Both the position numbers and the translations under genes were made by a program. From a virus (Duplodnaviria > Caudoviricetes), in the IMG/VR virus record IMGVR_UViG_3300044911_000843, positions 1-62,701 of that record: a DNA stretch of 62,701 nucleotides; one strand, given 5' to 3'. Below are positions 10,276 through 20,150 of the stretch, in pieces. The notes under the pieces are model-generated. The model ran no database searches. It was not told the origin of the DNA and saw nothing but the letters and a program-made list of their open reading frames with translations. Position 1 is the first letter of the stretch; every line of letters starts with the position of its first letter.

Positions 10276-10553
10276 TAGTGTCTCACTTCCGACCATTCGG
10301 TAGGGAACAACGGCTGCGATTTTTGTGCATCACGGAAAGACCAAGAGTCATTTTTCCTGATGCAGATTACATCTGAGGTGCCGTCCACAAAGATGTGAAT
10401 AAGCAAGACTTCCGGGTCTACCTTCAGAAAAATATCGATACATGCCTCGGACATACGGCACCCTTCTTCGACCGCAAAGATAAGACCCTCTTTGGTTGCG
10501 AAGTTATAGGAGATGCCCATAACCCCACAGGTGCAGTGCGTCCCGTGGGCCAT
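10275..10553 (-). CDS. Hypothetical Cys-containing protein
   Basis: 92-aa ORF coupled by TAATG overlaps on both sides. Confidence 0.6.
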   Translation of the reverse strand: MAHGTHCTCGVMGISYNFATKEGLIFAVEEGCRMSEACIDIFLKVDPEVLLIHIFVDGTSDVICIRKNDSWSFRDAQKSQPLFPTEWSEVRH

Positions 10554-11584
10554 TACCCGACCATCTTTGCCAGACCAGCAGCCCCGAGACCAAGACCAGC
10601 AATCTGACTCGTTGTGCTGGGTGGGGCAGTGTACCCGGTCGTGCTGCTGTTGGCCTGAACAGGAACGCCTCGCAGGATTCCACTCAGCCAGTTCATGTTC
10701 TGCCTGTCGTAGTCCCGCTGGTTGATGAAGTCCTGATACGCAATGTCCTTGCCAGCCTGACCGTATGCCTGCTGGGCACCACCAGCCTGTTGTAGAGCAG
10801 CGACATCAGCCTGACCAGCAGCCTGAGTTGCGGAACCCAAGTTCTGCTGTCGCGTTCCAACGTCGGCCTGTAGCTGGGCGTTCTGAATGCCGTACTGGTT
10901 GTTCGCCCCCTGCGCGGCCATGATCATCTCGGCCATCTTCTGAGCATACTGGTTGTTAAGCTGGTTCGCATTCATCGTGGACGAACGATCTTGATTGAAG
11001 GCAGCCAACCCGCTGCTATAGGCGTTCTGAAGTCCTTTATCCTGAATATCCTGAAGCCCCGTATTCAGGTTGCGGGTAGCTTCGGAAGCCTCGATGCCCT
11101 GACGGTATCCGCCAAAAGCACCCCCGGCTTGAGCACTCCTGTTCAGGACTTGCTGCTGCTGGCCATAATCCCTGATAGCTTCCCGCTTGTTGATGTCGGT
11201 GACGTTCTGCTGATAGGGACTCATGTACTGGGAAGCTACATTGGGATCGATCCAGTTCTGCGGCGTGTAGCCATTCGCCTCATAAGTGTTGGTGACTTGG
11301 GTGGGATTATATCCACTAGCCGCCTGATATCTCTGGGATGCCTGATCGAACATGGGCTGGTAGTTGCCGACATTCTTATCGACATTATCGAAAGCCTGTT
11401 TCTGCTGAGTACTGAACGCTTCCTGACGCTCCCCCGTATAGGGTACGTAGGGATTGTTGCTGATCGCCTGCGCCCTATCCATCATCGACTTGAAATAAGG
11501 TTCCGCATAAGCAGGAAGCGACGAACTGTTTACGTTCTGAGTCGTCGGCTGCGACGGGCTAGAGCCGCCTTTTCCACTACCCAT
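10553..11584 (-). CDS. Putative DNA transfer (ejection) protein
   Basis: MGSGKGGS..LPAYAEPY N-terminus, Q/A/N-rich helical body, hydrophobic Gly-rich C-terminus; GGAGG RBS. Confidence 0.7.
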   Translation of the reverse strand: MGSGKGGSSPSQPTTQNVNSSSLPAYAEPYFKSMMDRAQAISNNPYVPYTGERQEAFSTQQKQAFDNVDKNVGNYQPMFDQASQRYQAASGYNPTQVTNTYEANGYTPQNWIDPNVASQYMSPYQQNVTDINKREAIRDYGQQQQVLNRSAQAGGAFGGYRQGIEASEATRNLNTGLQDIQDKGLQNAYSSGLAAFNQDRSSTMNANQLNNQYAQKMAEMIMAAQGANNQYGIQNAQLQADVGTRQQNLGSATQAAGQADVAALQQAGGAQQAYGQAGKDIAYQDFINQRDYDRQNMNWLSGILRGVPVQANSSTTGYTAPPSTTSQIAGLGLGAAGLAKMVG

Positions 11585-11600
11585 GATTAATATCCTCCGG

Positions 11601-12029
11601 TCACTTTAGGTCTTTCTGATAGGTACGGTACATCTCTCGATACCCGTTCGGAGCTAGGACCTTGGACCATCCGGACCTGCCTGTAAGTTCTACGCTTTTG
11701 CATTTACAGTCCAAACCCCATTGATCAAAGACATCGCAGAACTTGTCTTTCCAATCGTCCAGTCGGGTGCCGCCAAGAAACTGGCCGCTTAGAAACTTCC
11801 CGTCCGGGTACTCGGTGCAAGTGCTGGTGACTGCCGCAACGATCTCAAACTTCTGATCGAAGATCACCCAAAGCTGAAACTCCCCCGTAGTCAGTTTCCT
11901 TTTAAGATCATTGATCTTGTATCGGCCACCGCTCATGTCGGTCGCCACCTTCAACATGTTTTTGACGCGGTCCCATTCTTTCTCGACAGCGAAGAGAGGG
12001 ACGAGGGAAATCTGGAGATCATCTGCCAT
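11601..12029 (-). CDS. GNAT-fold-like virion assembly protein (P22 gp14/T7 gp13 position)
   Basis: 142 aa; QLWVIFD..FLGG..GRSGWSKVL pattern; directly upstream of an ejection gene. Confidence 0.55.
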   Translation of the reverse strand: MADDLQISLVPLFAVEKEWDRVKNMLKVATDMSGGRYKINDLKRKLTTGEFQLWVIFDQKFEIVAAVTSTCTEYPDGKFLSGQFLGGTRLDDWKDKFCDVFDQWGLDCKCKSVELTGRSGWSKVLAPNGYREMYRTYQKDLK

Positions 12030-12035
12030 GGGGGA

Positions 12036-13688
12036 TTAAGCCACCAGCATCTTTGCAGGGTTAAGCGGGCGCGGCGTCCTGTTCTTGGTGCCGAACTTCT
12101 TCTTCAGAATCCTGTCAGTCATGGCCTCAAGCTGGCGGGAACCTTCCTCGGTGGAACCATTCCCCAAGGCAGAGACTGCCGCAGCGGGCATGACATGCTC
12201 TCCCGAAGAGAGGCTGGCCGGTACGCGACCATCGATGATGGCGGGGATGGAATCATCCAGCCCGTTGCCCGGTCCCGATATCGCACGGCTTAGTCCACCA
12301 TGTGCCACGCCGCCACCGTCAGCGTAGTTAGTGTCGGCTTGCTGGTAAGCAGACGGCAAGTACATATCCCTCGCGGGCATGCCACGCTGCTGCGCAGACC
12401 ACACCAACTGTCGGTATTTTCCGTCGTACAAAGCACCCGGTTCGTTCAACGACCTAGACGCGCTCTCGTAGCTGGAGGGCTTGTCGGGCCATGCTCTGCT
12501 GTAGCTGTCGGGGTGCGTATCGTTGGCGTAGGACACCAAGGAGTACAACTCGGGGTCGTCACTCTGGTCAAACCCACCGTCCCGCCCGTTCCCCGGCTGC
12601 GTGACGCGCATCGCGCCTGCCTTGATGAGGTTCTCGGCGTTCAACGGAGGGTATTTACCCACCGTGAGGTCGCTAAAGTACTCGTTCGACGGGCGGACGT
12701 TGCCACCATCCCGATAACCCCCTCGGAAATAGTTCCACTCAGGGTCTCTTCCCGGCCTATAGCTGGAGGGTGCCTCGGCGTACTGGCGTCCGGTGCCAGC
12801 AGTCGAGGCTGCGGGGTAGGTTGGCTCGACGGGCATCTGCGGCGGGGGCTTCTGGTCGAACATGCCCTGACCGGCAATGGACAGGCCCATGGGGAGGAGC
12901 GTCCTTGAAGAATTCGTTCCGAAGGTTCCCCACAAAGCCTTGGGGTTGGTCAGATTACCTGCCGCCTTTTGGGCTGTGTCCAGATAGTTTGATCCAGCAT
13001 TGGATAGCTGGTTCCCCATGTCCCCGAACATGCCGGGGGCAGGAACCTGCAATGGGGCACCGACACTAGTAGCACCGGCCCACGGCTGGGCGCTGGACGC
13101 GGGAAGATACTGCCCCTGATCAAGTGGGTTAAACCTGTCGATGCTGCTGGTGCTGGGCATAACAGATGGATCAAGAGGAGTACTACCCGGAAGGGCCGCG
13201 CCAATACCTCCTGTGGCACCCTGCTTCGCAGCTTCCTTGGTCGCAGCTTCAGCCGCCTCGGCAGCGGTAGCCCCTGTTCCGCTGGCCAGACCCTCCAGCG
13301 CGGAACCAAAGCCATAGCTGCCCAGACCCGAGAGCAGTCCCTTGCCAGCAGCAGTCCCTATGTCGTTGCCCTCTGCCAGACCAAGACCCGCAGCCACGGC
13401 ACCGGAGCCAATGGCACCAGCCATCGTGGTGCCCAGCGTACCCAAGCCCATGGCGGCAACGGCACCGGGCAGGAATGCACTGCCAGCCAGACCGCCCAGA
13501 AGGGGTAGCAGGAACGGCAGGAACGCTTCAGGCTTTCCGGTGTGGGGGTTGATCGTCAGCTTGCCACCGGGCATGGCGGCGGCTAGGCCACGAAGCTCCG
13601 CACGGTTTACATGCAGGAGTTCAGTATCTCCATACCTGCCCTTGGAAGCCAGATGATTCGCAATGTCTTTATAGGGATGTGATGGCAT
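12036..13688 (-). CDS. Internal virion / ejection protein with a tape-measure-like C-terminal domain
   Basis: Start at ATG 13688 (GAGGA RBS); N-terminal GRYGDTELLH..TINPHTGKPEAF, Gly-rich hydrophobic helices, C-terminal YADGG..GPGNGLDDSIPA..LSSGEHV. Confidence 0.7.
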   Translation of the reverse strand: MPSHPYKDIANHLASKGRYGDTELLHVNRAELRGLAAAMPGGKLTINPHTGKPEAFLPFLLPLLGGLAGSAFLPGAVAAMGLGTLGTTMAGAIGSGAVAAGLGLAEGNDIGTAAGKGLLSGLGSYGFGSALEGLASGTGATAAEAAEAATKEAAKQGATGGIGAALPGSTPLDPSVMPSTSSIDRFNPLDQGQYLPASSAQPWAGATSVGAPLQVPAPGMFGDMGNQLSNAGSNYLDTAQKAAGNLTNPKALWGTFGTNSSRTLLPMGLSIAGQGMFDQKPPPQMPVEPTYPAASTAGTGRQYAEAPSSYRPGRDPEWNYFRGGYRDGGNVRPSNEYFSDLTVGKYPPLNAENLIKAGAMRVTQPGNGRDGGFDQSDDPELYSLVSYANDTHPDSYSRAWPDKPSSYESASRSLNEPGALYDGKYRQLVWSAQQRGMPARDMYLPSAYQQADTNYADGGGVAHGGLSRAISGPGNGLDDSIPAIIDGRVPASLSSGEHVMPAAAVSALGNGSTEEGSRQLEAMTDRILKKKFGTKNRTPRPLNPAKMLVA

Positions 13689-13696
13689 TGCTGTCC

Positions 13697-13945
13697 TCAT
13701 ACACTCGTTATGGTTTGCCAGCCCGCGCCGGTATTGATGCAAGCCTTGCCGAGCGTGCTATCGAAGATCAGCCAGCCCGCCCTGTTTGTCAGGGTGACTT
13801 TCTCCGCCGTCGTGTAGGAAGGTAGCGTACTTTGCTGCAAAAGCCGGATGGCGTTCCATAGGTTCTGCACTTCCTGCTCAAGCACACGCGAGTACTGGTT
13901 GCCCCACGCAATTTCGTAATCCGGAGGCGGATTGGGAAGCCTCAT
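13697..13945 (-). CDS. Small tail-associated protein
   Basis: 82 aa, overlaps the nozzle stop; short coiled coil plus GWLIFDSTLGK..GAGW. Confidence 0.55.
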   Translation of the reverse strand: MRLPNPPPDYEIAWGNQYSRVLEQEVQNLWNAIRLLQQSTLPSYTTAEKVTLTNRAGWLIFDSTLGKACINTGAGWQTITSV

Positions 13946-15786
13946 CGCCTGCCATCCGATCTGATGTCAGCGCGGACAACACCAAGACGCCAAGCAACCC
14001 CAAGGTCATTGCTCTCGCAGCGGAAGGATGCGCTTCTTCCCCTGAGGCGGATAAAGCACTGCTCCGTGAACTGCTCCACTGTGACCGTCGAGGTTTGCGT
14101 GACTGTCTTGCTGTAGTTTTGCGTAAGGCTTCCGCCCGGATAGTTCTGCATGGTGAAGGTCATGTCCACGGACGGGTTCGCCGCCGAAGAATCCCTGAAC
14201 GTAACGTCAGGAATGAACCTGTTGATGAACATGAACTGCTCACCATTCGGCGCTTCCATGGGAGAACTCTCGATGTAAGCCGTTATCGGAGATGGCGGAT
14301 TGGTGCTGCCATCATCATAACCATACTCATGGTCATACAGGTAGCCGTCTTCGGAAGTGGCTACCGGCAGATAACTCGGACCACGATCAATCCATGCGGT
14401 CCTGCCGAGTGAGCCAGTGTACCAGACGTTTTCCCTGATACTGTAGATCACATAGCTGTCGCATTCATTACTGTCTCCGGGATAAAGCCAACCGACTTCA
14501 TCGAAGTGACTGTTGCTGAATGCATAGATTTTCTGAGACTGCGCCATGGTCAAACGACTAAATACATAATCCGCAACGGGACAATTCATTATCTGAATGC
14601 GACCATTGTAGGAATAGAACTGGTTGTGACCCATCCAGAATGAAACATCTCCCAAGGCTACTGCCGCGTTGGGAGAAATGATTGCGATGTTCGTACCAAT
14701 CTGAACGAAGCTGAAGACAAAGGGCGCTCCCGTCCAGCGCATCTGGTAGATGGCAACATCCGTGTAGATAAGAGTTTCTGCTCTTCCTTCAAGAACAGCT
14801 ACAATCTTGGTGCCGACAGAAAGGCGATAGCCACCGGCTGTATTGATTACGGTCGGCGTCCAGTCAGCGGCATCTTCCGTTGCGGACCAGCGAATGAAGA
14901 GAGGGTCTTGGGTTGCCGACCCAATCGGGTTGGTCCCGAATGCAAGAACATGCCTCTCTTCAGAGGACACCATGATAATTGTTGCAACAACCGGGGCATC
15001 AGACGCGGCGGGTATATCCTCAAGAGGAACCATTCTTGCCAGCGGCGTGGTCGCATCCCAGTAATAGATGTTACCATTGCGGACATTCGCGATCAGGTCT
15101 TCTCCGTAGTTATCATGCGACCAGAGACGGAGATTTTGTGAAATGCCATCGGTGGCATCCGATCCCCATGTATCATGCCCCCATGTGCCAGCGCCCCACC
15201 CAACACCCGGCACTGAGTTAGCAAGACCAACATTGATCTGGTACTCAGCCTCAACCGCTGCGCCGCCTCCCGAAGCAACGATTTGGCCTGCCGTATCTAC
15301 GGTGATTGTGTAACTGCTGCCATTGATGATGCCGGTGATCTGGTGTTCTTGGTTAAAGTCTCCTGCCGGGATACCGGAGAAACTGGTTGCTCCAGAAAAG
15401 GTCACGAAGTCATTCAGGACAGCACCATGGCCAGCGTCTGTCACTGTAACTGTGGTCGATCCAATGGTGGTGGCAAACGGATCGGCTGCCAAGGTAACTG
15501 TTCTGCGGATTGGAGTAATGTCAGTATAAGAACCACTGCCAGAATTAATGTAATACTTCAGGTTGGTTCCGAGTCCGAAGTATTGCCTTCCACTTAGAAT
15601 CGTCCAGTTGATGAGAGCCCTGCAAATCCCCAGAAATGTAGAAGTCGAATACTTCTGCCAGCCCCCCATCTTCTCTGGAAGGCTCATACGAAACCGAACC
15701 CAGTTGGAATCAAACCAGCCAGTCTCGTTGGCATATCTGGTCAGGTCTTTGACGATCCCCGGCTTAAACTTCAGGGGGGTAAGCAT
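13942..15786 (-). CDS. Tail nozzle / tubular protein B (P22 gp10-like stabilisation protein)
   Basis: 614 aa, beta-rich, IRWS motif, C-terminal IRLRGR..WRLG..DGRR; upstream of the ejection genes. Confidence 0.75.
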   Translation of the reverse strand: MLTPLKFKPGIVKDLTRYANETGWFDSNWVRFRMSLPEKMGGWQKYSTSTFLGICRALINWTILSGRQYFGLGTNLKYYINSGSGSYTDITPIRRTVTLAADPFATTIGSTTVTVTDAGHGAVLNDFVTFSGATSFSGIPAGDFNQEHQITGIINGSSYTITVDTAGQIVASGGGAAVEAEYQINVGLANSVPGVGWGAGTWGHDTWGSDATDGISQNLRLWSHDNYGEDLIANVRNGNIYYWDATTPLARMVPLEDIPAASDAPVVATIIMVSSEERHVLAFGTNPIGSATQDPLFIRWSATEDAADWTPTVINTAGGYRLSVGTKIVAVLEGRAETLIYTDVAIYQMRWTGAPFVFSFVQIGTNIAIISPNAAVALGDVSFWMGHNQFYSYNGRIQIMNCPVADYVFSRLTMAQSQKIYAFSNSHFDEVGWLYPGDSNECDSYVIYSIRENVWYTGSLGRTAWIDRGPSYLPVATSEDGYLYDHEYGYDDGSTNPPSPITAYIESSPMEAPNGEQFMFINRFIPDVTFRDSSAANPSVDMTFTMQNYPGGSLTQNYSKTVTQTSTVTVEQFTEQCFIRLRGRSASFRCESNDLGVAWRLGVVRADIRSDGRR

Positions 15787-15832
15787 CAGGACACCATGCC
15801 TCTAGTCAATCCGGATTGCGCTGATAGCGAAA

Positions 15833-17101
15833 TCACGAAATCACTCCGTAGGATTCAGTGACGCGCATGTACACCGTTCCCGAGCCCGTCAGCGTGCCGC
15901 CGCCCGTCAAAGCGGAGCCAATAGTAAGCGCCGCAGCCGACGCAACCTGATACGTCCCAATGACGCGAAATGGGCTTGCGTGGTAGGCTAGGTTTGTGAA
16001 CTGGATAAAGGCCGTGTTGAGCGTTGACGCACCGACGGTCACCGTCAAAGAATTGGTGGTGTTCGAGCCGCCAATAGACGGAATGTCGACTTCGATAGTC
16101 AAGATAGAAGTGGACCGGCGGGGCGTGTAGGAAAAGCTGAACGGGAATGCTCCGATAACCTTCATCGTGACGTAGGCTGTGTTGGTTGCTGCGGTGTCAA
16201 CGTATGCCGTCGTCGCCAGCTTCGTGGAGTTATCGCCCGCCGTCTGCGTCGTCGCGGTCGAGGCAGCGCCCATCGATCCGGTATTGATAGTCGCTGTATT
16301 GATTGTTGCGGTATTAATCGTGGGAGTGTTGATCGTTGGACTGGTTAGCGTCTTGTTCGTCAGCGTCTGCGTAGCGTCAAGCGTGACAACCGTTCCGGAG
16401 GTTCCCGGAAACGTCATGGCTGTGTTATCTGTTCCGGTCAGCGTCAGCGTATTGCTGGCGGTAAACGTCTTGCCGTCAGCAATAGACAGAGTAGACCCGG
16501 TCGCCGGGGCGGTGATTGCAGTCTTGTTGAAGCTGGCTCCGGTCACAGCCCCGGTAACGCCCACTGTACCGGCCATCGTGGCGTTGCCCGTCAGAGCCGT
16601 TGTGCCGGTGACCGCAAGGTTGCCACCGATTGTAGCGTTACCCGTAGTAGACACCGAAGAGATACCGAGAGTACCCGCAACGGTAAAATCACCAACGCTG
16701 TTAATTGCCTCTACGACGTTGGTTCCGTCAGCGTAGACATACCGCTTCAGGGCGGGGCCTATGGTGATACCCGTACCGGCTGTCGTCTTGACCACGATGG
16801 AGAACCCACCCGTGGTCGAATTGGTAACGACGTAGTTTTTGTTCAATGTCGGAACAACCAGATTGCGGTTGGCTGTCAGGACCCCAGTACAATTGAGATA
16901 GACATGGCGACCACTTCCCGTGACCCCATCAGGGGTCGTGATGGTCTGATTGGCGTCTGCCATGGCAACCGTAGCAGCACCGACAATGGACTCCTCGATC
17001 AGGGTGCCAAGGTTGTTGTTGGTGTTGACGCCCCAAGTGCCGCTGTCCTCGCCCGTGGCCATCAATTGCAGCTTGAGATTGGTTGAGTATGTACTGGGCA
17101 T
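15833..17101 (-). CDS. Tail fibre-like protein
   Basis: MPSTYSTNLKL..GEDSGTWG..TNNNL N-terminus; Thr/Gly-rich, TLTNKTLT and DNSTKLATTAYV motifs. Confidence 0.7.
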   Translation of the reverse strand: MPSTYSTNLKLQLMATGEDSGTWGVNTNNNLGTLIEESIVGAATVAMADANQTITTPDGVTGSGRHVYLNCTGVLTANRNLVVPTLNKNYVVTNSTTGGFSIVVKTTAGTGITIGPALKRYVYADGTNVVEAINSVGDFTVAGTLGISSVSTTGNATIGGNLAVTGTTALTGNATMAGTVGVTGAVTGASFNKTAITAPATGSTLSIADGKTFTASNTLTLTGTDNTAMTFPGTSGTVVTLDATQTLTNKTLTSPTINTPTINTATINTATINTGSMGAASTATTQTAGDNSTKLATTAYVDTAATNTAYVTMKVIGAFPFSFSYTPRRSTSILTIEVDIPSIGGSNTTNSLTVTVGASTLNTAFIQFTNLAYHASPFRVIGTYQVASAAALTIGSALTGGGTLTGSGTVYMRVTESYGVIS

Positions 17102-17533
17102 TTAGCTAACCCTTATAATCGCAGATGAGGAATTAAAGGTTGGGAAGGTAATCGTGAAAACCCCACTCAGGTCAGAACGATCCATCCCGAAGTCCAGAAC
17201 CATGACGGACGGGTTGGTGTACCCCACAGCATCTGAATTGTAGATCAAGGCACCGCGAGCGGTCAGTCCGCTGGCCGCCCATGTCACCGTAGAGAAGCTT
17301 GTAAATCCAGTGGTGCCGCTGGAGGAAGGGTTCACGTTGGTCAGGGTTGCCCCGCCCGCCGTGTAGCCGGAAACATTAACCTCCCCGGAGGATGAATAGG
17401 CCGTGGTCGAGGAGTTAAGCGTGGCGGAACTGGAGTAGAGGGCAATTTTGAAGACGTTCCCGGTCGTGCGGAAATCATGCACGCCCTCCAGCAATTGTTG
17501 TCTGAAACTGGCCGTGGGGGTCTGCTGAATCAT
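17102..17533 (-). CDS. Virion structural protein
   Basis: SFRQQLLEGVHDF..FKIALY..GYTAGG..ARGALIYN..LDFG pattern in the tail module. Confidence 0.65.
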   Translation of the reverse strand: MIQQTPTASFRQQLLEGVHDFRTTGNVFKIALYSSSATLNSSTTAYSSSGEVNVSGYTAGGATLTNVNPSSSGTTGFTSFSTVTWAASGLTARGALIYNSDAVGYTNPSVMVLDFGMDRSDLSGVFTITFPTFNSSSAIIRVS

Positions 17534-18168
17534 GCAGTCACCCGGCGCTCATTCATTCGATATGCATCCCCAAGGTCCATGCCTTCACCAAGTTTCTTCA
17601 GACCACCCAAAGCAACCTGATACTTTTCCTCGTACAGCTTCATCAGGTCAGGGTCGCCCTTGAGAAAGGTGTAAGCCTCTGCCAAGCAGCCATAGAGCAA
17701 ACAGTTCTCGGCATTACTGCCGAGCCACGAAGTTCCGGCAGTAACGATGGACTCCGGTTTGTGGAAGTAGTTGAGCCACCCTCTCAGACCAGTTGTCGGA
17801 GTGGGTGCCAAGATGATGGTTGTTGCATCGAACATCGAATACCAGCGAGGCACCCCAACCATTAGCGGGTTGGGGAATGCCGAACGCATGTAGGAGACAT
17901 CCGAGTAATCAACGTGCGTGAACTCCCCCGCGTTGTTGATCCTGAGTTCGAATGGAGCCAGAAAATCAGAAGGAAGATCAGCCGTGGTTGAGCCACTTGG
18001 TAGATTGATCAGATCATGCTTCCGATTTGCGGGGAGGATAACCGACTTGGAAATCCGGTCTTCAGCCTGCCTGATGGCGACATCGATATAGGTATCGACA
18101 AACTCCGTCTCGGAGTTTTGCAGATAGGACTCGATAGCAGCTTTCAGCGTAGTGTATGTCCAAGCCAC
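17530..18168 (-). CDS. Head-tail adaptor / tubular protein A-like
   Basis: GTG start; TYTTLKAAI..LPSDFL..PTP..WL..LLYGCL.EAY pattern. Confidence 0.7.
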   Translation of the reverse strand: MAWTYTTLKAAIESYLQNSETEFVDTYIDVAIRQAEDRISKSVILPANRKHDLINLPSGSTTADLPSDFLAPFELRINNAGEFTHVDYSDVSYMRSAFPNPLMVGVPRWYSMFDATTIILAPTPTTGLRGWLNYFHKPESIVTAGTSWLGSNAENCLLYGCLAEAYTFLKGDPDLMKLYEEKYQVALGGLKKLGEGMDLGDAYRMNERRVTA

Positions 18169-18192
18169 GGTTCATCCCCTCTGGGGGTTAGG

Positions 18193-18459
18193 TTAGAACG
18201 ATCCCTTGAAAGCCTTGCCCTTGGTCTGGGCCTTGCCGCCACGGGCAGTGCCGGAACCAAAGCCGCTGTCGTCCATGCCCATGCCATTCATGGAACCCAT
18301 CTTGCCAGACGGGGGGACCATCTCTTTGGGAGCCTTCACATTCCCGCCCTTGGCGTACTTCATCGGCACCTTGGCCGAAGACTTCTGGTTATTTGCCCGA
18401 GCCATGTTGCGACCAACAGACTTCATCGCGCCGCTGGTAACACCTTTTGCTTTTGCCAT
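18193..18459 (-). CDS. Small Lys/Gly/Met-rich basic protein
   Basis: ATG 18459 after a GGAGA RBS; contains YAKGG. Confidence 0.7.
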   Translation of the reverse strand: MAKAKGVTSGAMKSVGRNMARANNQKSSAKVPMKYAKGGNVKAPKEMVPPSGKMGSMNGMGMDDSGFGSGTARGGKAQTKGKAFKGSF

Positions 18460-18469
18460 TGTCGTTCTC

Positions 18470-18796
18470 CTAACACTTGCTTTTAACGGAACCGCCACGC
18501 TTCATGTCTGCATGGCCGCAGTGATCGTCTTTGAAGCGGGTGACACCGCCGCCCTTGGCGTATCTTTCGCCGGAGATACGTCGATCCATGTTCTTAAACC
18601 CAATCTTAGATGCGGCGCTGATGTCCTCAAGGTCCGCAGCCCTTGCAGCCTCGTTCTGGTCGGTATATTGGTCCCACTGACTGGGCCGAATCCTTTGGCC
18701 CATCAGTTCGGGGCTGCGCGGGCGAATCGATGTCTTGGGGATAAATTCCGCTTCGTCAACGGCGTACTCTAACGACTTCGTCTTTTTGTCAGCCAT
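18470..18796 (-). CDS. Small protein with YAKGG and MKRGG motifs
   Basis: 108 aa, GGAGG RBS. Confidence 0.7.
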   Translation of the reverse strand: MADKKTKSLEYAVDEAEFIPKTSIRPRSPELMGQRIRPSQWDQYTDQNEAARAADLEDISAASKIGFKNMDRRISGERYAKGGGVTRFKDDHCGHADMKRGGSVKSKC

Positions 18797-18808
18797 GGTC
18801 GGTCCCTC

Positions 18809-18985
18809 CTAATACTTGCCTTTGACTTTGCCGCCAGCCTTGAGTCCCTTCATGGAACCCTGCCGGTCATGCTTCGCATCCATCGGGGACTTCTCCCAAG
18901 CCTTGAAGCTCATGCCCTTCTTGGCAGCCAGCTTCTTGTCCTGATCCTTGTCCTTCTTGGAATCTTCAAATTTACCCTTAGCCAT
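18809..18985 (-). CDS. Small basic protein (58 aa, not in ORF track)
   Basis: [25 protein letters not shown]...[11 protein letters not shown]; TGATG coupling to the upstream gene. Confidence 0.7.
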   Translation of the reverse strand: MAKGKFEDSKKDKDQDKKLAAKKGMSFKAWEKSPMDAKHDRQGSMKGLKAGGKVKGKY

Positions 18986-19335
18986 CACGGATTCTCCTGA
19001 GTATTGGGAAATTGGAACTGACCATTTACGCTAACGAACCCAGCATATACCTGAGACTGGGTGGACGCATTACCTACTGGAGACCATCCCCAAAGTTGTC
19101 GGCTCTGGATCAGGTTGGTATCGACACGGGGGTTTCGCAGAGCCTGAGGATCGTTGATCGGGAATTTGCCCAACTGAAGCTGGGGGTTATCCAAATCCCA
19201 GCAACTGGAGCAAACCAGAAACCCGGTGGGGGCTTGGTTGTAGATTTCCGGACGAAGCTCATGGAGCAGGTAGACCCCCGCACACATGTCGCAAGTACCC
19301 TTGGCCCTCCTGCCAGCGGCAAACCGGCTCGTCAT
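18985..19335 (-). CDS. Zn-ribbon protein
   Basis: CDMC...VCSSCWD..PQL..DPQAL.NPR. Confidence 0.7.
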   Translation of the reverse strand: MTSRFAAGRRAKGTCDMCAGVYLLHELRPEIYNQAPTGFLVCSSCWDLDNPQLQLGKFPINDPQALRNPRVDTNLIQSRQLWGWSPVGNASTQSQVYAGFVSVNGQFQFPNTQENP

Positions 19336-19336
19336 T

Positions 19337-20104
19337 TCATAGCCTCTGGGGGATGAACGGCACGAACCGGAAGGAAGCCCTTGTCCGGTCCTCGTCCGCA
19401 GCCAACTGCCACTGCTCTTCGTAGATCGTCTTCAGCCCAGCCACCCGGTCTATGGCCGAGGTTTTCTTCATCGCTACATAGTAAGCCAAGCCAGCAATAA
19501 GGGCGGGCATGAAACGGAACGGCATGTCCATCACGTTGGAGGCCGGGGTGCCGGTGTCCTGAATGCGACGGAGCCGCCAATAGGCCAGCGTGTAGGTCCG
19601 GGCAGCATCCGGGGTCGGCCAGACCGTGAAGGTCGGGGTGATCTGGCGGTTGACGTAAACCTGCACCGGGCGGCCCGTCACCAGCTTGTTGGCGATGGTG
19701 GCGTAGGACGATACCGAAATCTTCGTCAGGGTGTAGTCCTGCTGATTCGTTCCGGTGCCGGTACGCAGCATGGTCTCGATCAGGTCAACCGTATCGATGG
19801 GCAGATTGTAGGTGTTGGTCCCAGCCGTCAGGACCTGTGTCCCGGTTTCAACCGTCCAGAGGTTGAGCCCCCGGTTTGCCCATTCCTGCATCATGATATC
19901 GATGGACCGCCGAGCCGTCCGGTAGTCGTTGCCCGACAGGACCATGATCCCGCAACGCTCGTAAGCCTCAGTGATGATATCACCAAGGTCTAGATTGAAG
20001 GTCGTGGTTCCAGAAGGCGCAGGAGGAGTCGGGACTGGTACAAGACTAATAAGAGGACTGCTGCCATATGGGTCTATGCCATACGGGTCTTCGCTAAAGG
20101 GCAT
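19337..20104 (-). CDS. Second adaptor / tubular protein A-like protein
   Basis: IITEAYERCG..EWANRGLNLW..GRP..WPTPD..GLAYY pattern. Confidence 0.65.
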   Translation of the reverse strand: MPFSEDPYGIDPYGSSPLISLVPVPTPPAPSGTTTFNLDLGDIITEAYERCGIMVLSGNDYRTARRSIDIMMQEWANRGLNLWTVETGTQVLTAGTNTYNLPIDTVDLIETMLRTGTGTNQQDYTLTKISVSSYATIANKLVTGRPVQVYVNRQITPTFTVWPTPDAARTYTLAYWRLRRIQDTGTPASNVMDMPFRFMPALIAGLAYYVAMKKTSAIDRVAGLKTIYEEQWQLAADEDRTRASFRFVPFIPQRL

Positions 20105-20150
20105 GAGATTGCCTCCGGTTAACCAATGCTCGCTTCGCCATCAAATGCTC

